From assembly GCA_965644295.1 (NCBI GenBank), contig CBFFRP010000371.1:186001-250000 (forward strand): a DNA stretch of 64,000 nucleotides, read 5' to 3'. Source of the DNA: Paraphysomonas bandaiensis. Taxonomy: Eukaryota; Protista; Chrysophyceae. Shown piece after piece: positions 37,960 through 50,542 of the stretch; position 1 is the first letter of the stretch, and every line of letters starts with the position of its first letter. The notes beneath the pieces are model-generated. The model was not told the origin of the DNA and made no database searches. It was given only the letters and a program-made list of their open reading frames with translations. Made by a program: the position numbers and the translations under genes.

Positions 37960-38808
37960 TTGTAGGCACATCCAGTACATTGAATAAGCGAAGAAAACAC
38001 AAGTCTCTAGACAAGAGTAGTCGGGAAAAAAGTTCATTGTTTTGATAGAAGCCACCTTCAATTCTGTCCAATCAAACGTTAAGTATCCATCGCAGTGCCA
38101 CATTGCATTATTATACGAAGCAAACATTGCTTCAGACACCCGACCAACAGCAGCAAACGTGAAAACCAAATAGAGATTGTACAATGAATACTTCTTCACT
38201 TCTAAATAAAGTTTATTAGCATACAGTAAATCATAGATATGTGAAGTATGTCCACTTACCGGAGAAATCAGATGCCCGATGTATAATGTATTCACCTATG
38301 CGCTTCATTAGTTCTTTCCCCACTGGACTTGTTTTCTCTGATATACGCACTCCTTGTGCGATACACCGCTTGATAATATGCTTTGATACTGCCGCTCTCA
38401 CATCTTTGTACCACAGCTCATTGGAGCTGCTTAATAACTCATTTCTTTTAAATCGCTTCGTCAGCGCAGTCTTCGTGTCTGACAAATACTGCCAAGCAGT
38501 ACCTAGGGTCAAAGGCTTCTTCGTTGTTCCATGGACGGCGTGATCGATCAAAAAGCCACCGAAACATTGAAATAGTTCTACATTTATATCACTGTCTATG
38601 AGTTCCTTATACCTCTTCTTCCCGTCGAACCGCATCTCCAAGTACTTCGCAAACTGAGCTAACGCAGAGGAGTTACGATTTTTGGTTTCCCCATCACCGA
38701 CTTTTCTAATGCCCCCTGTGGTAGTTGATTCCGTGGTAGTTGATTCCGTGGTAGTTGATTCCGTGGTAGTTGATTCCGTGGTAGTTGATTCCGTGGTAGT
38801 TGATTCCA
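37960..38808 (-). mobile_element. Crypton-like tyrosine recombinase gene, truncated, with intron 38202-38259
   Basis: LGTAWQYLS core-binding-like helix; AVGRVSE box-I-like Arg; WTELK; GTAAGT..TTAG intron joins the two ORFs in frame; HxxR and Tyr motifs not found. Confidence 0.65.
38718..38807. repeat. 15-bp minisatellite GTGGTAGTTGATTCC x6 (encodes ESTTT)
   Basis: Read directly. Confidence 0.95.
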
Positions 38809-39100
38809 TGCTACTATGATATGTTCTCGCTGTTATTATGTTCTGTATGTATGATACCATGCTGTGATGAGAGAGCTCCTCCTTCAACACCCACCTCCCT
38901 GGATCTATTACTCACCAGCAACACCATACATACCACTGGTCACTCATCATCACCACTTATATAGTTCCACACCATTATGGTGCGGGCTTGAGTACGGTAC
39001 CTTCCACATTTTACAGAATAATCCACATCGTTATATTAATTATATTATTCATTAACCTCGTTATATACACTCATAACACCTTATTGCTCTCGTAATTGAC

Positions 39101-39475
39101 ATGGCAACATATCAGGTATTAGATCTTTTATATATTTCTAGTGTTTCCTATATAATTATGACTATATAGACACCAGAATCGAAGAAACAAGAGTTCAGGA
39201 AGTATCTTGAAAAGAGCGGTGTAATTGATGCTTTCACAAAAGGTTAAATCACATATAACTACTTTCTATAGTGAGTAATATGATTTATAGTACTCGTTGG
39301 CCTTTATGAAGAGCCTGAAAGACCGCAAAATGCAGTCGATTATATCAAAAGGTATATGGGCGCTCCTGCTGGTGTCGATGTGGAAGCTTTAAAGGCAGAA
39401 TGCGAACAACTCCGTAAAGACAAAATGGACTTAGAGAACACTATTAAGGAGCTGAACTCTCGCTTAGAGAGCTAA
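39101..39475 (+). CDS. MYCBP: c-Myc-binding protein homolog, 3 exons
   Basis: ESKKQEFRKYLEKSGVIDAFTK|VLVGLYEEPERPQNAVDYIK. Confidence 0.93.
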
Positions 39476-39851
39476 ATATGTTTTGTTTCAAATAAGTCGT
39501 GTAATGGAATTTTCACATTGTATAATTTTATGATTGTAATGTTAAGACACAATGATCACAGTAATAATATATATATCAGTGCATTACTTGAATTGGTGAG
39601 GTAGCTTTTAATGCTTATGACGTAAGATGATATATAATCTAATTTAGATGCAACCAGGTGTTGTGAGAATTTCGAGGTATTATAGATCAGGATCATACTT
39701 AGTAGTTAAATAGAACTTGGTTTCATTCTGGACCGGATCTACTGTGACGCTATTGCGACATTATATTTCCAATCAGCTGTATCTTTCCACACATATGGAG
39801 TAGCATTCGACAGAAAGAACATCATTAGATAGCGTCAACAATAAAGTACAC

Positions 39852-41543
39852 TTAAAGTTGCTTCAAATTTTGCAAGAAGTCATTCTCGAATCGCGATAGA
39901 TCACGTGTAAGACGTAGCATCACCACATCATGGGCAGGCAAGACGGCTGTGAATCCATCTGTCACAAGTCCCACATCCTTTCTTTCCCACAGATCTCTGA
40001 CGTAGACTTTATCTTCAGCGGACCATCCCACTTCTTCCCATGATACAGATACACTCACCCCGTCCGAGTTACCCGAGTTGTAGAGAACAACACACAAGTC
40101 GCCGTTTGAAAGAGGTCGAGACCACACCTATAATGAATATTTGAGACTTAACATTTGTATAAGGTGTTACAATAAGTACTCAAACTTAGCCTATTGTGAT
40201 TAGGGTGTCACCGACCTGTCCTCCAGTAGTTTCGTTGTCGTTACGAATTCTCTCTCCAGCCACAAATGCCTCATCTTGGTTAATAGCAATAACCTCCGGG
40301 TTCATGAGAATAGAGCGCTTTTCTTCGGATAGGTCAGCAGGGTCCGTAGCCACCAATAGAGGTGCACTCCACAAAGCCTGGAATATATATAGGTCATTAA
40401 ATTGATACCAACATACTGATTCAAATATGTAAAATACAAAACTACTTTAGCACCGAAATTTTCACTAGTACCTACCCAGAATGTGTACTCGGTCCTGGAA
40501 TTCGTATAATTCATAGTAATAGGATTGTATTTGTCCAAAAAGAGTGTCTCCAAGAAATCTGGGTCCATCCAAGCATAGGGGCGAGTGTACTTGCTTGGAT
40601 GGAGGTCAGCCATGAAGTCGATAATATTCTTTGTGCCAGCTCCGTATCCTTCACCCGCAGCAGTTGGGGGCCAGTTCCAGAACGGAATATGATCCATTTG
40701 AATACGGAACATCTATAAAGTAAAAAATGATATACATATTGTTAGCACAGAGAAAGTAACATAAGTTATTAAATACCTGTGAAATGTCACCTCCCCATTC
40801 GCTTACATTGTCTACACCCCACTGACACATAGCGAATACCATAGGGCGTCCAGTAGCATTCAACGCCTGGCTAAATTGAGTGTATAGATCACGGCCTGTT
40901 TCGTTACTTGGCTTATTACAGTAGTCAGCTTTAACCATATCTGCTCCCCATTTGGCAAAAGTATTGGCATCCGTTTCATAGTATCCATATGACCCTGGGC
41001 GGTTCTTTTTACAAGTCTCCGTACCCACGCAAGAGTATAATCCCAGAAGCATGCCCCTTTCGTGTAGGTAGTCCGCCAACGCTTTCATACCTGAAGGAAA
41101 TAAGTGAGGAGATGGCTGCAGCTCACCATTCTCATCTCTTTCGTGATCAGACCAGCAGTCATCAAGGAGAATATACTTGTAACCAAGCTCAACCATTCCC
41201 TGAGCAACCATTGCCTAACCCACAATACATTACAAAAAAAACTCACAATATATATGAAATCAATTATATAATAAATAATACATATAAATATCATGTATAA
41301 TACACATTATGAGTACTACATATATGAGTATTATATATATATGAGTATATTCATTCTTACATCAGCTTTATTACGAACTTCATACTCAGAACATCGATCA
41401 GGTATACCACATAAATCATTCGTACACCATGTTGACCATCCCATAGGAGGGGTAGCTGCCATGCCGTTATTATACCCCCATACATATGGTAATAATCCAG
41501 CCCCAAGTGCAGTAACTACTAAAGAGAATGATGAGACTGACAT
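39852..41543 (-). CDS. Secreted alpha-galactosidase (GH27), about 6 exons
   Basis: Signal peptide, NGMAATPPMGWSTW, LDDCW, DMVKADYC, DPDFLE, WSAPLL, VIAINQD, VRDLW. Confidence 0.95.
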
Positions 41544-42239
41544 ATGTATTTCACCACTTGAATTGTATTGTTTTTAAGGGGTGTATTATTAAGTAATAGA
41601 TGTAGATAATCTGTCTATATATCTATCTATATATGCATATATGCCACTATACCTGCATATGTATGTACCATGATTGACTACGAATCCAGGCCAGCTGCAG
41701 AGTATACAGACTACCATCTTGGAATTCCTATACATGGATATATACTGCTGTATTACAACAGTATTTTGGATGTATTTACTCGTAGTCTGTGCATTTCAAG
41801 ATGACAAGAAGCAGCCAGTACGAGTATCTTTGAGCACCAGTTGCATAATTACAACAACAACTGACTGTAATTGGGTAATTGCTGCTTGAGGTCCTCAATT
41901 TGTGTAGTATCGATTCCATTATTGCTATAGGGGGTATGCACGTGCAATACGACAAATCTTGAAGTATAAGAGTGTACTTGTTGAACATGCAGAAGTGTAG
42001 CACACAATGACCGTTACTACTCCGGAAAAGTGGCGAACAAGTTAGTTAATTGCAACCTCCTAGTAATTACTACAAAAAGCAAAATGTGAGCAATATACAT
42101 ATTTTGAACACATGGAGATGTGTAAAGAAGATGGGAAACTACGCAATTGGCAGCCTGTAAATGAAGTGCTGTAGATCGGTGCGTGAGGGTATTCGTGGAT
42201 ATTATTCTCCGTTAAGGCGTCATATTGATTTACTTTGTT

Positions 42240-42432
42240 ATTATTCAAAGTCTTATTATTAGCAATAGGCGTTGAAAATCTGCACCAGCTTAGTAGCTAG
42301 ATGGACAAACTAGCCAATCTAGATAAACATCTACCATTTAATAATTAGTGTAAACTCTTATATCCTACTATTTAACGCTACAAGAACATCTTGGGCATCA
42401 CCGCAAGCACCAAGGTGCGACCATTCTCGCTA
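42240..42432 (-). mobile_element. 3' fragment of the ribozyme-headed retroposon
   Basis: Reverse complement matches ~21130-21312. Confidence 0.75.
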
Positions 42433-42803
42433 TATGATAGATGTGTATGTAGGTTCGTTGTAAAACGTACAACAGTGTACAGCATGACAAGTGAAAGCAG
42501 TGATATAAGTCAACTACTACCACACTGGATCGCGTAAGACTACACCTACATTTTGTGCAATATGCATCTGGGACCTGGGTCTGAGTCGATATGTACATTC
42601 TATGTAATCTCATTAAATTACTTAGTAGTAAATAGCTTTCAGATGGGGAACTATTCCTCAGAGTAACTACTTGCTCCAAAATATAAGGTATCATCGTTCT
42701 TTCAAAATATTGAGTTAGAAATAGTGTCAAGTTTTAACATAATTCATAAGAACACTCCATAGCGTCGTGTCGCATACAAATGCCATTGCTTGTCACACGA
42801 AAC

Positions 42804-43533
42804 TTAATCAAATCCATCGCCCTTAGCAAAATCAGTGACAATAAACTTATTGTACTGTGGATATTGTTCATGAAGTCGTCTCGCACGACGCTCCTTCATC
42901 CATTCAGTATATGGCTGCGCGTGAAGGTTAGAAAGTTGTGCTCTTGCGAACTGTAGGCACAACAGAGCAAAGCTAATGGTTCCAAGTGGAGGCTCCATCC
43001 AATTCCAGGCCCATGCCCCAACTTCTAGCGGAGTTTCCAGGTCGGCTGGCTCAGGAATATCTAATATAAATGTGAATACTACCAAGTACAAATCAAAGAC
43101 TTTGTCGTCTACCTGTAGTTACATACAGCTCATTAAACCACATCACCGTATTGAGCTCGAACACCATAGGTACGGAGAGAATAGCGGCGCCAACAGATGT
43201 CACCAATCCAACTTTATAGGGGAATGTAGCCAGCCACATTCCTTGTCTGTTGGCTGTCATCATTTCACGAAATCGTGGTTGAGCATCAGCCCATGTGACC
43301 CCATCTACAGCCATAATTTCACGTATTAATCGTTCCTCACGAGCCTCTTGATCACCAAGCACTGCCATAATAGTGATAACATCATTTGACATCTCTTCAA
43401 ATTCACGGGGTAATTTTTTAGCTTCTTCCAATGAAACAACTTTAGAGGATAGACAACGAGCAGCTCTACCCCCATATATTCCCGTCATTTGACGTAGAGG
43501 CATGGATAATCTCCTCATCATTCTTGATGCCAT
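42804..43533 (-). CDS. Uncharacterised membrane protein with a mitochondrial-type transit peptide, 2 exons
   Basis: Arg/Ser-rich N-terminus; intron joins LYVTT|DIPEPADLETPLEVGAWAWNWMEPPLG. Confidence 0.8.
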
Positions 43534-43606
43534 GATAAATTATTAAGAAATATCTCTTATTAATATGTATATACTCACTTCAGTTAAATATATTTATGTT
43601 CAATCA

Positions 43607-43637
<31 letters not shown>

Positions 43638-43980
43638 GTATATCGTATCTGCTGTATATATCTATGCATATAGTCGTATCTGGATATTGATCGTACATGC
43701 ATATGTTGATGAATATACATACAACACACGAGAATATAACGTTCATATATCGTAATTATTGTAAAATTGTAAAAATAGTTGAGAAACTGATATGTAAAAT
43801 CTGATAATTATTATTTTTTTACATAGTAATTTTGTAAATATATGATTCTAGAAGGACAACATCATAAAAAAAATTGTCTATGTATTATATAATTGTATTT
43901 CAACACCTACGTACCAGACACTGTACATAATTTTCTATACATATGCGTATAGTATACTACACTACGTATACACTATGAGA

Positions 43981-44130
43981 CGTATCGGCATCCTTTGTAT
44001 ATTTTTGTTCAGAGATGCCTCAAATATTGAGTCAACAATTATCTGTATTTCAGCCGTAGTTCTATTGCAGTAATATAGAGAAATTTTGCTTCAATATATT
44101 TACGAAAAATAAGATGCTGACTGCCGATAT
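43981..44130 (+). mobile_element. ~150-bp MITE-like repeat (partner 52187-52338)
   Basis: Termini CGTATCGGCA...TGCCGATA(C/T); two diverged copies. Confidence 0.6.
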
Positions 44131-44331
44131 AATGATACACTATACATAGCAGTGCAGTATCCAGCTCTTCCCTTATCTCTCTATTGTAGATATGTGTATG
44201 TGATCGCTCATAGTAATAGACATAGTCATATCCATCTACTACTATAGGTAGTAAAGATATAACACGCTTATTACACACTATTTATTCATCATATGTCTAT
44301 CTGATACTTGTATAACGTTAAGTATATCCCA

Positions 44332-46018
44332 TATGGGGGCTGTCCAGTCACTGTACACACGTAAACTTCTTCATAACTCCGATACAGAAATTCAGTAAGT
44401 AAATTTATTCTTCATTCTATTAGTAACGTATGTATAGTGTATGTATGTACAGTGTATGTATATCTATATATGTATTTATGCACGTATATCACTCTCTCTA
44501 TATATATGTATATATAGCTGGAATGGAATGCGTATAGGAGACAGAGAAGTCAGTGATATCGCCAATGCACTACAGAAGAATACATCTCTTAAAACACCCG
44601 AGTATGTCACTGTATATACATACATATATAACCATATAACCATATATAGTTTAAAGGATAATTCTATTACGGATAAGGGGGCTTCCTTATTAATCAATGC
44701 ACTACAAGTGAATACAACACTCATTCAACTCAAGTAAGTGTTTTGATATATTATTTATAATATATTAATATATACATATATATACAGTCTTGATGGCAAT
44801 AGTGTGTCTGATGATACATTAAGTGCTCTATCTCAAGCACTTATTCATAACAATGCTGCTATCTTAGAAAAAGAGCTTTTGGACGGAGAACTGAAGTGAG
44901 TATTTATATATGCAGTGTGTTTTCTACTATGTAATGTCATATATAGTTTGGATTTTAAAGGAATAAAAGATAGTGATTGTGCTGCAGTGGCAGAGGTAAT
45001 AAGGTCAACGACTGGACTGACAGGGGTCAGGTGATGCGTTTGTTTTGAAGCACCCATGTTGTAATTGTATATAGACTGGGGTTCAATAATTTCTCTCGTG
45101 ATGGCGTGGAGTATATAGCCGCTTCTCTGACGGGAGGGTGCCATATTACATACCTACAGTGGGTGCAATTGTTTGCAGTGTATATTTTGTGAACTCACGT
45201 AATACCAGTTTGAGTGGAAATGAGTTCAGCGATCAGAGTTGTGAGATTCTTGCTGCAGCCTTGCAGCACAACATCTCCATCCACGAGCTCGTGTACGTGT
45301 TGCTATTGGACTTTCTACTCAATTAATGCGCTCCCCATTGAGCAGGTTAAATAATGCAAGTATTAGCGCTATTGGAGGGGCTGCACTTTCCACGGTCATT
45401 GCAAAGAATACTCCCTTGACAGCGTTGTAGTAAGTAACTCATTATGTCCTGTAAACAGTATGTTAATTTTTGTATTGTCGGTATGATAGTTTATGGGGGA
45501 ACAATATCAGTGATGGGGGCTGTGAAGCACTAGCAGCTGCAATGAAGACTAATACTACCCTCCATGTTCTCGAGTAAGTATGGAATATTGTAGACGGTGA
45601 AGTTTAACAAGTGTTTTTCACTCAGTTTAAAAGAGAATAATGTCGGTGATGATGGTATATGCGCTTTAGCCACGCTATTCCGGTACGCCACGCGTATTAT
45701 TTCACTAGAGTGAGTATATATATTACTTGATTTTATTATATTTGAGCGTCTATCATGCAGCCTGGAAGGTAATGTCTTCTCATGTGTTGGGGAGTTAGCT
45801 CTTGCCAAAGAGATCAACTCTTGTTCGTGTCTTCACCTAAGAGAGTAAGTGATAACGATGAAAGCCAAAATGTTGGACTCATGTTTGTTATGCCCAGCCT
45901 GAATGGAGTAGACTTAACTTCAGGAGAGTGTCGAGGCATTTTGGGTATAGATAAGTCACACTGTTCAAGCACTTATGAAGTGCTTGATATTGTGCGCGCT
46001 AGATATATTGACATCTAG
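44332..46018 (+). CDS. Ribonuclease-inhibitor/NLRC3-type LRR protein, 12 exons, possible N-myristoylation (MGAVQS)
   Basis: Nine internal 84-nt exons each encode one 28-aa LRR (e.g. LWGNNISDGGCEALAAAMKTNTTLHVL); all introns are in the same phase. Confidence 0.88.
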
Positions 46019-46850
46019 ATATATTCTTTTTGACTTGTTGACGTTTGTATGTTGAAAAGCGTTTCTAAAGTGTAGTATTTATGCTATCTGCATAAAAGAG
46101 TGTTGCCCCGAAATCTCTCAAATATATTATACTATAATATATATCTTTGCGTTAAAGAATATTGAGTCTTCAAAATCAGCCACACACTCTATACTTCTAA
46201 ATATTTCAGTGTGACATGACTTTCCAAATGTGAAACACATCACTCGTATAAAATACTGCAACGCATTTCTCAAAAAGCATGGATTATTTTATCCGTGGAT
46301 TCAGTTGACTGTGCCGTAAATAGTTAATGAACTTCTCGGCAAAATCACATAAATTTTATCTTACCATTACTGTAATTAGCTTTAAAATCTTAATATCTAA
46401 AGTTACTTTTTTGTTACTAAAACGTTACATCAGACCTGTGGGAAACACTTTATTCTAGTAGTATTGTGTATGGTAGGGTTCATCTTAATATAAAATATAA
46501 GATAGTGTATATATGAAATGTAATGTTCAATGAAATATATCATGAACTGAATAATTAACAATAGTATCTGTCGAAAATACTAGATCGTCATCTAACTATT
46601 ATTCCTTTGTGTGTGATAGTTATGTTCTGCATTGCTGTGTTCATTCTTCTCACTATTGCGAAGCTTAAATCTCCATTGTTCTAATAATGCCATTGTGGTT
46701 AAAATTTTAAGCTGGTTTTAAGATTTTTACAATAAGGATACAATACCTTATATTGTTCACAAGCCCAGCTGGTCAAAATAGCAAAAATCTCTTTTGGCAG
46801 CAATAGTTTTTAGAGTATCAGTGTAAATAATATATCTATGATGTTTCAAC

Positions 46851-46938
46851 CCCTCAACAAAGTCGGACTCGCACCTTTTCGTGGTGTTCTGGGGGATAAG
46901 TACCGGAGATATTTCTCCGGGAAACTAACGTGAGCCGC
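46851..46938 (+). ncRNA. Candidate HDV-like (L1Tc/ingi-type) self-cleaving ribozyme
   Basis: P1, P2, P3 and P4 pairings in HDV order; J4/2 CUAA; pairing-preserving variants among copies (see findings). Confidence 0.65.
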
Positions 46939-48064
46939 ATATTATATAGTCAGCAGATATATTGTTCTGCCCACTCATAGCCAAATGCTTGTGTGGTACA
47001 AGGGACACTAATAAGTGTCACTTGTGTAGACGTCTTTGGGCCCTGACGAATAAACAGGCATCCGGGACAGGGCCCACCAGAAGGGTAACCGGGGTATTGG
47101 GCCCACCAGAAGGGTAACCGGGGTATTGGGCTGCCTGCTGAAGTTAAGCATCCGGGATGTTCACCTTAACAACTCAAAACACCTGAAGTCAGCAGATGTC
47201 AGGTATATCAACATTCTGCTTGCTCCCTGCGTTTGCTTTGAGTGATTGATGCTGAGTATGAGTTCACATTATTCGGTATCTGTGTGGCCGGCCAATGACC
47301 GAGGTAATGCGTCAAACTTTCATCATGGATGCATGGCAATGGCAATGATGTGATTAGACCTGTCATGTCTTCTCACACGTCTACTGCCTAGTCTTGGTTT
47401 CTCCTGACCCAGGTCATTGAGATTATATCAAGGCTCTGGCACTGTTCTCCAAGCAGTGTCAGGTACATTTGTGGTGCTTTTATGTTATTCTTGCTTAGTA
47501 GGTTTTCATCCGAGCGGGGAAGGTGCACGGTTTCCTACTAGTGTAAGTCACTCGGGAGAAGAGTGCAAGGTGGATGCATGTGCTGGATGAGTGCACACAA
47601 TGGAGGGAAGACATTGGAGTCAGCTTGAATTTGTAACAGATTTTGGTAGATGTCTGTTTCATGCGTCAGTGTGCAAAATTGCACCAGTGAGACCGCTTCG
47701 TGACCGTGGGAGGACCCGGCGCTATAGCTACTTTATTCTCCCTTCCAGACTACCTGCTGCTGTGAACACCACCTTGAAGAGGGCCCTAAAGATCTGCCGC
47801 ATATACAGGAGACATATGCCGAAGACACCGACCGCAAGTTGTTTGTGTTAGGACAAGTAGATTGGGCAGGAGCGTATGATCCGGCTTAAACACGCAACTC
47901 GTCGTATGCCCATGTAGCTAACTAAATCGTGTTGTATAGTTGAGCACTTGTCGGTGCATGCAATAGTAACTAGATGAGAGTCATGTTATGCATAGTGTCG
48001 CGCGAGTTGTTAGGTTGGTCGCGGCAACGCACAAGCTTGCGCTTCTTAATAATCAGATTTTCAA
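46851..48064 (+). mobile_element. Full-length ~1.2-kb non-autonomous retroposon with 14-bp TSD TATGATGTTTCAAC
   Basis: TSD at 46837-46850 and 48065-48078; both ends are shared with other copies; no long ORF. Confidence 0.92.
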
Positions 48065-48889
48065 TATGATGTTTCAACTCTATATGAGTTTATATCAAAA
48101 GGTTTCCCTTATACTGCAATGGTTGTACATTAGGAGATCACTCGAAGTCATGTTAACGAAACAGGTAACTGCATATTATATATTATATATATGTAACTGT
48201 ATTAGTGTATATGTGTATATAACACATAACACACGATGTTCAGATGGTGCGTTAAATAACCCATATGAAAATAATTATTCTGCTTCGTGAGTAAACCGGC
48301 TTTGTCAAATGTGCTTGCCAACAGACGGGAATGATGATGGGAATTATACTTGTACACTGCACACGATCCGTAAAACAACACTTTTCACAATAAGATTCAA
48401 GAGATGGGTGTTATGCTGAGCCGGAAGCCGGAAGCAGCAAGAACGCGGTATGTACTGATTACCTTGCTTTTCTTCAGACCACGTGCTTCCAGACTGCCTC
48501 TGAACTGTAATCGCATGGCTATGTTTCATATAGTTATAATGAATATTGATAGATACTAATCACTGGATTATAGGCACTCAGTAAATATATATCGCTCTTG
48601 TATATTATCACTGTCCGCTGATGTCGGACATCAGCCGTTATTGGTCCTAATCTCTAGTCGTACATCACTTGCGAGGTATGTGCGAGATATATATTGTCCT
48701 ATACATCCTTAAATCTTGTGAGTGCAGATTTCTGTACTACAGATGTTGAAGTATATGTATATTGTTCTGAAGGTCCCGTAAAAAATCAAGTACTAAACCG
48801 ATATTGCTGCAAAATATGTGTAATATGTTTACAGTTCTGTACATATATCTTAAGTATTTACTCAGGGGGCATTGTGAGCTCAGTAAAGC

Positions 48890-49240
48890 CTTTAGTGGTT
48901 ACCAGGCGCCAGGCCCTGGTATATAGTATATAGGATACATTATTATATGTAATATGTACCCATTCCAAGAAGGAAAGCAGTACATGTATAAGCTAGAAGC
49001 TAAAAAGGTGTCTTTTTTCAGTTAAGGTAGGCGCGGTGCTAATAAAATGAAGTAGTGATGCGTGTAAAGCTAGAAAGATAGATGATATTCAGTAGACGAT
49101 ACTGCTAATTTATTACATTATTGCACAACTTCAAGGGGAAGTACTCAAGTATACTGCTGTAAAATCCAATCCCATGAAACTTTAAGTCATTTCCAACGCA
49201 TAATCTAAGGGCTAAAAGGCAGTAAACACACACTCTCAAA
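48890..49240 (+). repeat. Local direct duplication (~350 bp) of 50513-50856
   Basis: Colinear sequence; near-identical ORF tails ...YFPLKLCNNVIN. Confidence 0.9.
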
Positions 49241-49486
49241 GTGTCCGTTGTCAGCAGCATCTTTATACGTCCATGAATCCCAATCGCAGCCATTATCTCT
49301 ACACCATTTCAGTATCTCGAAGTAACCGTTACATGCAGCAACTGCACATGTTTGTGCATCCCAATCACAACCACTGTTTCTACATGAGGCTGTGATTGGA
49401 ATTCATGGACATGCACAGCTGCAGCTGGGAACGGTCACTTTGAAATATTGAAATGGTGTAGAGCTAATGGTTGTGATTGGAATAAG
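49235..49486. pseudogene. Back-to-back inverted fragments of 25-aa GCDW-type ankyrin-like repeats
   Basis: Plus strand: GCDWNSWTCTAAAGNGHFEILKWCRANGCDW. Minus strand: GCDWDAQTCAVAACNGYFEILKWCRDNGCDW. Confidence 0.8.
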
Positions 49487-49854
49487 CAACATTTTTGCAT
49501 ATATTCACATTTTCGTATATTAAGATAACGTGCTCTTGCTCTTGCTTATATATATGGATGTATATGCATGTATGGGACTACAAAATCATGATTCTGCATC
49601 CATAACATCATGTCCAATTCTGGAAAAAGTATCATGAAAAGACATCAAAAACTCTTCTTAAACTGAAACAAACAAGATCTTTAAAAAAAAAAAAAGTTTT
49701 CCCATTGTAGGCTGTTTTTTATCAACATACAGTTGTATTTTGCCAATGAGAAAAGAGGGATTTTTATGGTTGATCGGGGCCATAAATCCCTCTTTTCATC
49801 ATTCTATATTCGTGTCCCATTATGAGAGCGTGGCCATAGTGCCGTGTAAGCTCG

Positions 49855-50122
49855 CAGGTACACCACCTCCAACACCGAGATATAGCACTGATTCTATCAT
49901 CCACCTATCCATGATCGCATACACCACGCACGGTTTATGTTTCCACCCCACCCGTGTTCACCTTCGCTAAAATTACGAGGGAATTCTCATAGCTATGTAT
50001 GACTTATGTATGAAATTCTGCAGATTCTAGTGGGACCATGTTTATCTTCCCATTACCCCAACAAATATTACGCCAAGCTTCTCGTGACTATGCATGACTC
50101 AGTATAGGTCTAGTGTGGCATT
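49855..50122 (+). repeat. Diverged dispersed repeat (partner ~58315-58614)
   Basis: Shared blocks GGTACACCAC, CTGATTCTATCA, GTGTTCACCTTCGCT, AGCTTCTCGTGAC. Confidence 0.75.
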
Positions 50123-50375
50123 TATATCTGAAGTATTTACTCAGGGGAACTCAATCAAACCTTTCAATGTAGTATCATTAATAAGAAGTTATACTTAATG
50201 CTAATCATAAAGATCACATGACAACCATACTCACTACGCTGGTAAGCAAAAAGACTACATACAGCGCAATCATCAATAATGTCATCATCACACACATTTA
50301 TTCAAAAGTAATTGAAATATACTTGCGTCCGGCCACAAGGGTCGAAACATCATCATGTGAGTGGGTTGTATATAG

Positions 50376-50542
50376 CAGGGCCTGGTAACCCTTAGTGGTC
50401 ATGAAAAGAGCACCACACTATTTATTATGAGAGGTATTATCTACTTAGGTATGTATTATATATGGGCCATTAATGCCATTATAATGCCAGGAACAGGACT
50501 ACCATTAATGGGCCTTTAGTGGTTACCAGGCGCCAGGTCCTG
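50376..50542. mobile_element. hAT-type MITE with 8-bp TSD GTATATAG
   Basis: Termini CAGGGCCTGG...CCAGGTCCTG; GTATATAG at 50368-50375 and 50543-50550. Confidence 0.85.

Noticed and set aside
38718-38807. Short regular repeats as a CRISPR array (also 2501-2674 and 62899-63246)
   Set aside because: Head-to-tail tandem repeats without spacers; eukaryotic context; no cas genes.
47041-47075. CTGACGA as a hammerhead ribozyme core (Penelope-like element)
   Set aside because: No stem II followed by GAAA, and the motif varies between copies (TTGACAA, CTGACAA).
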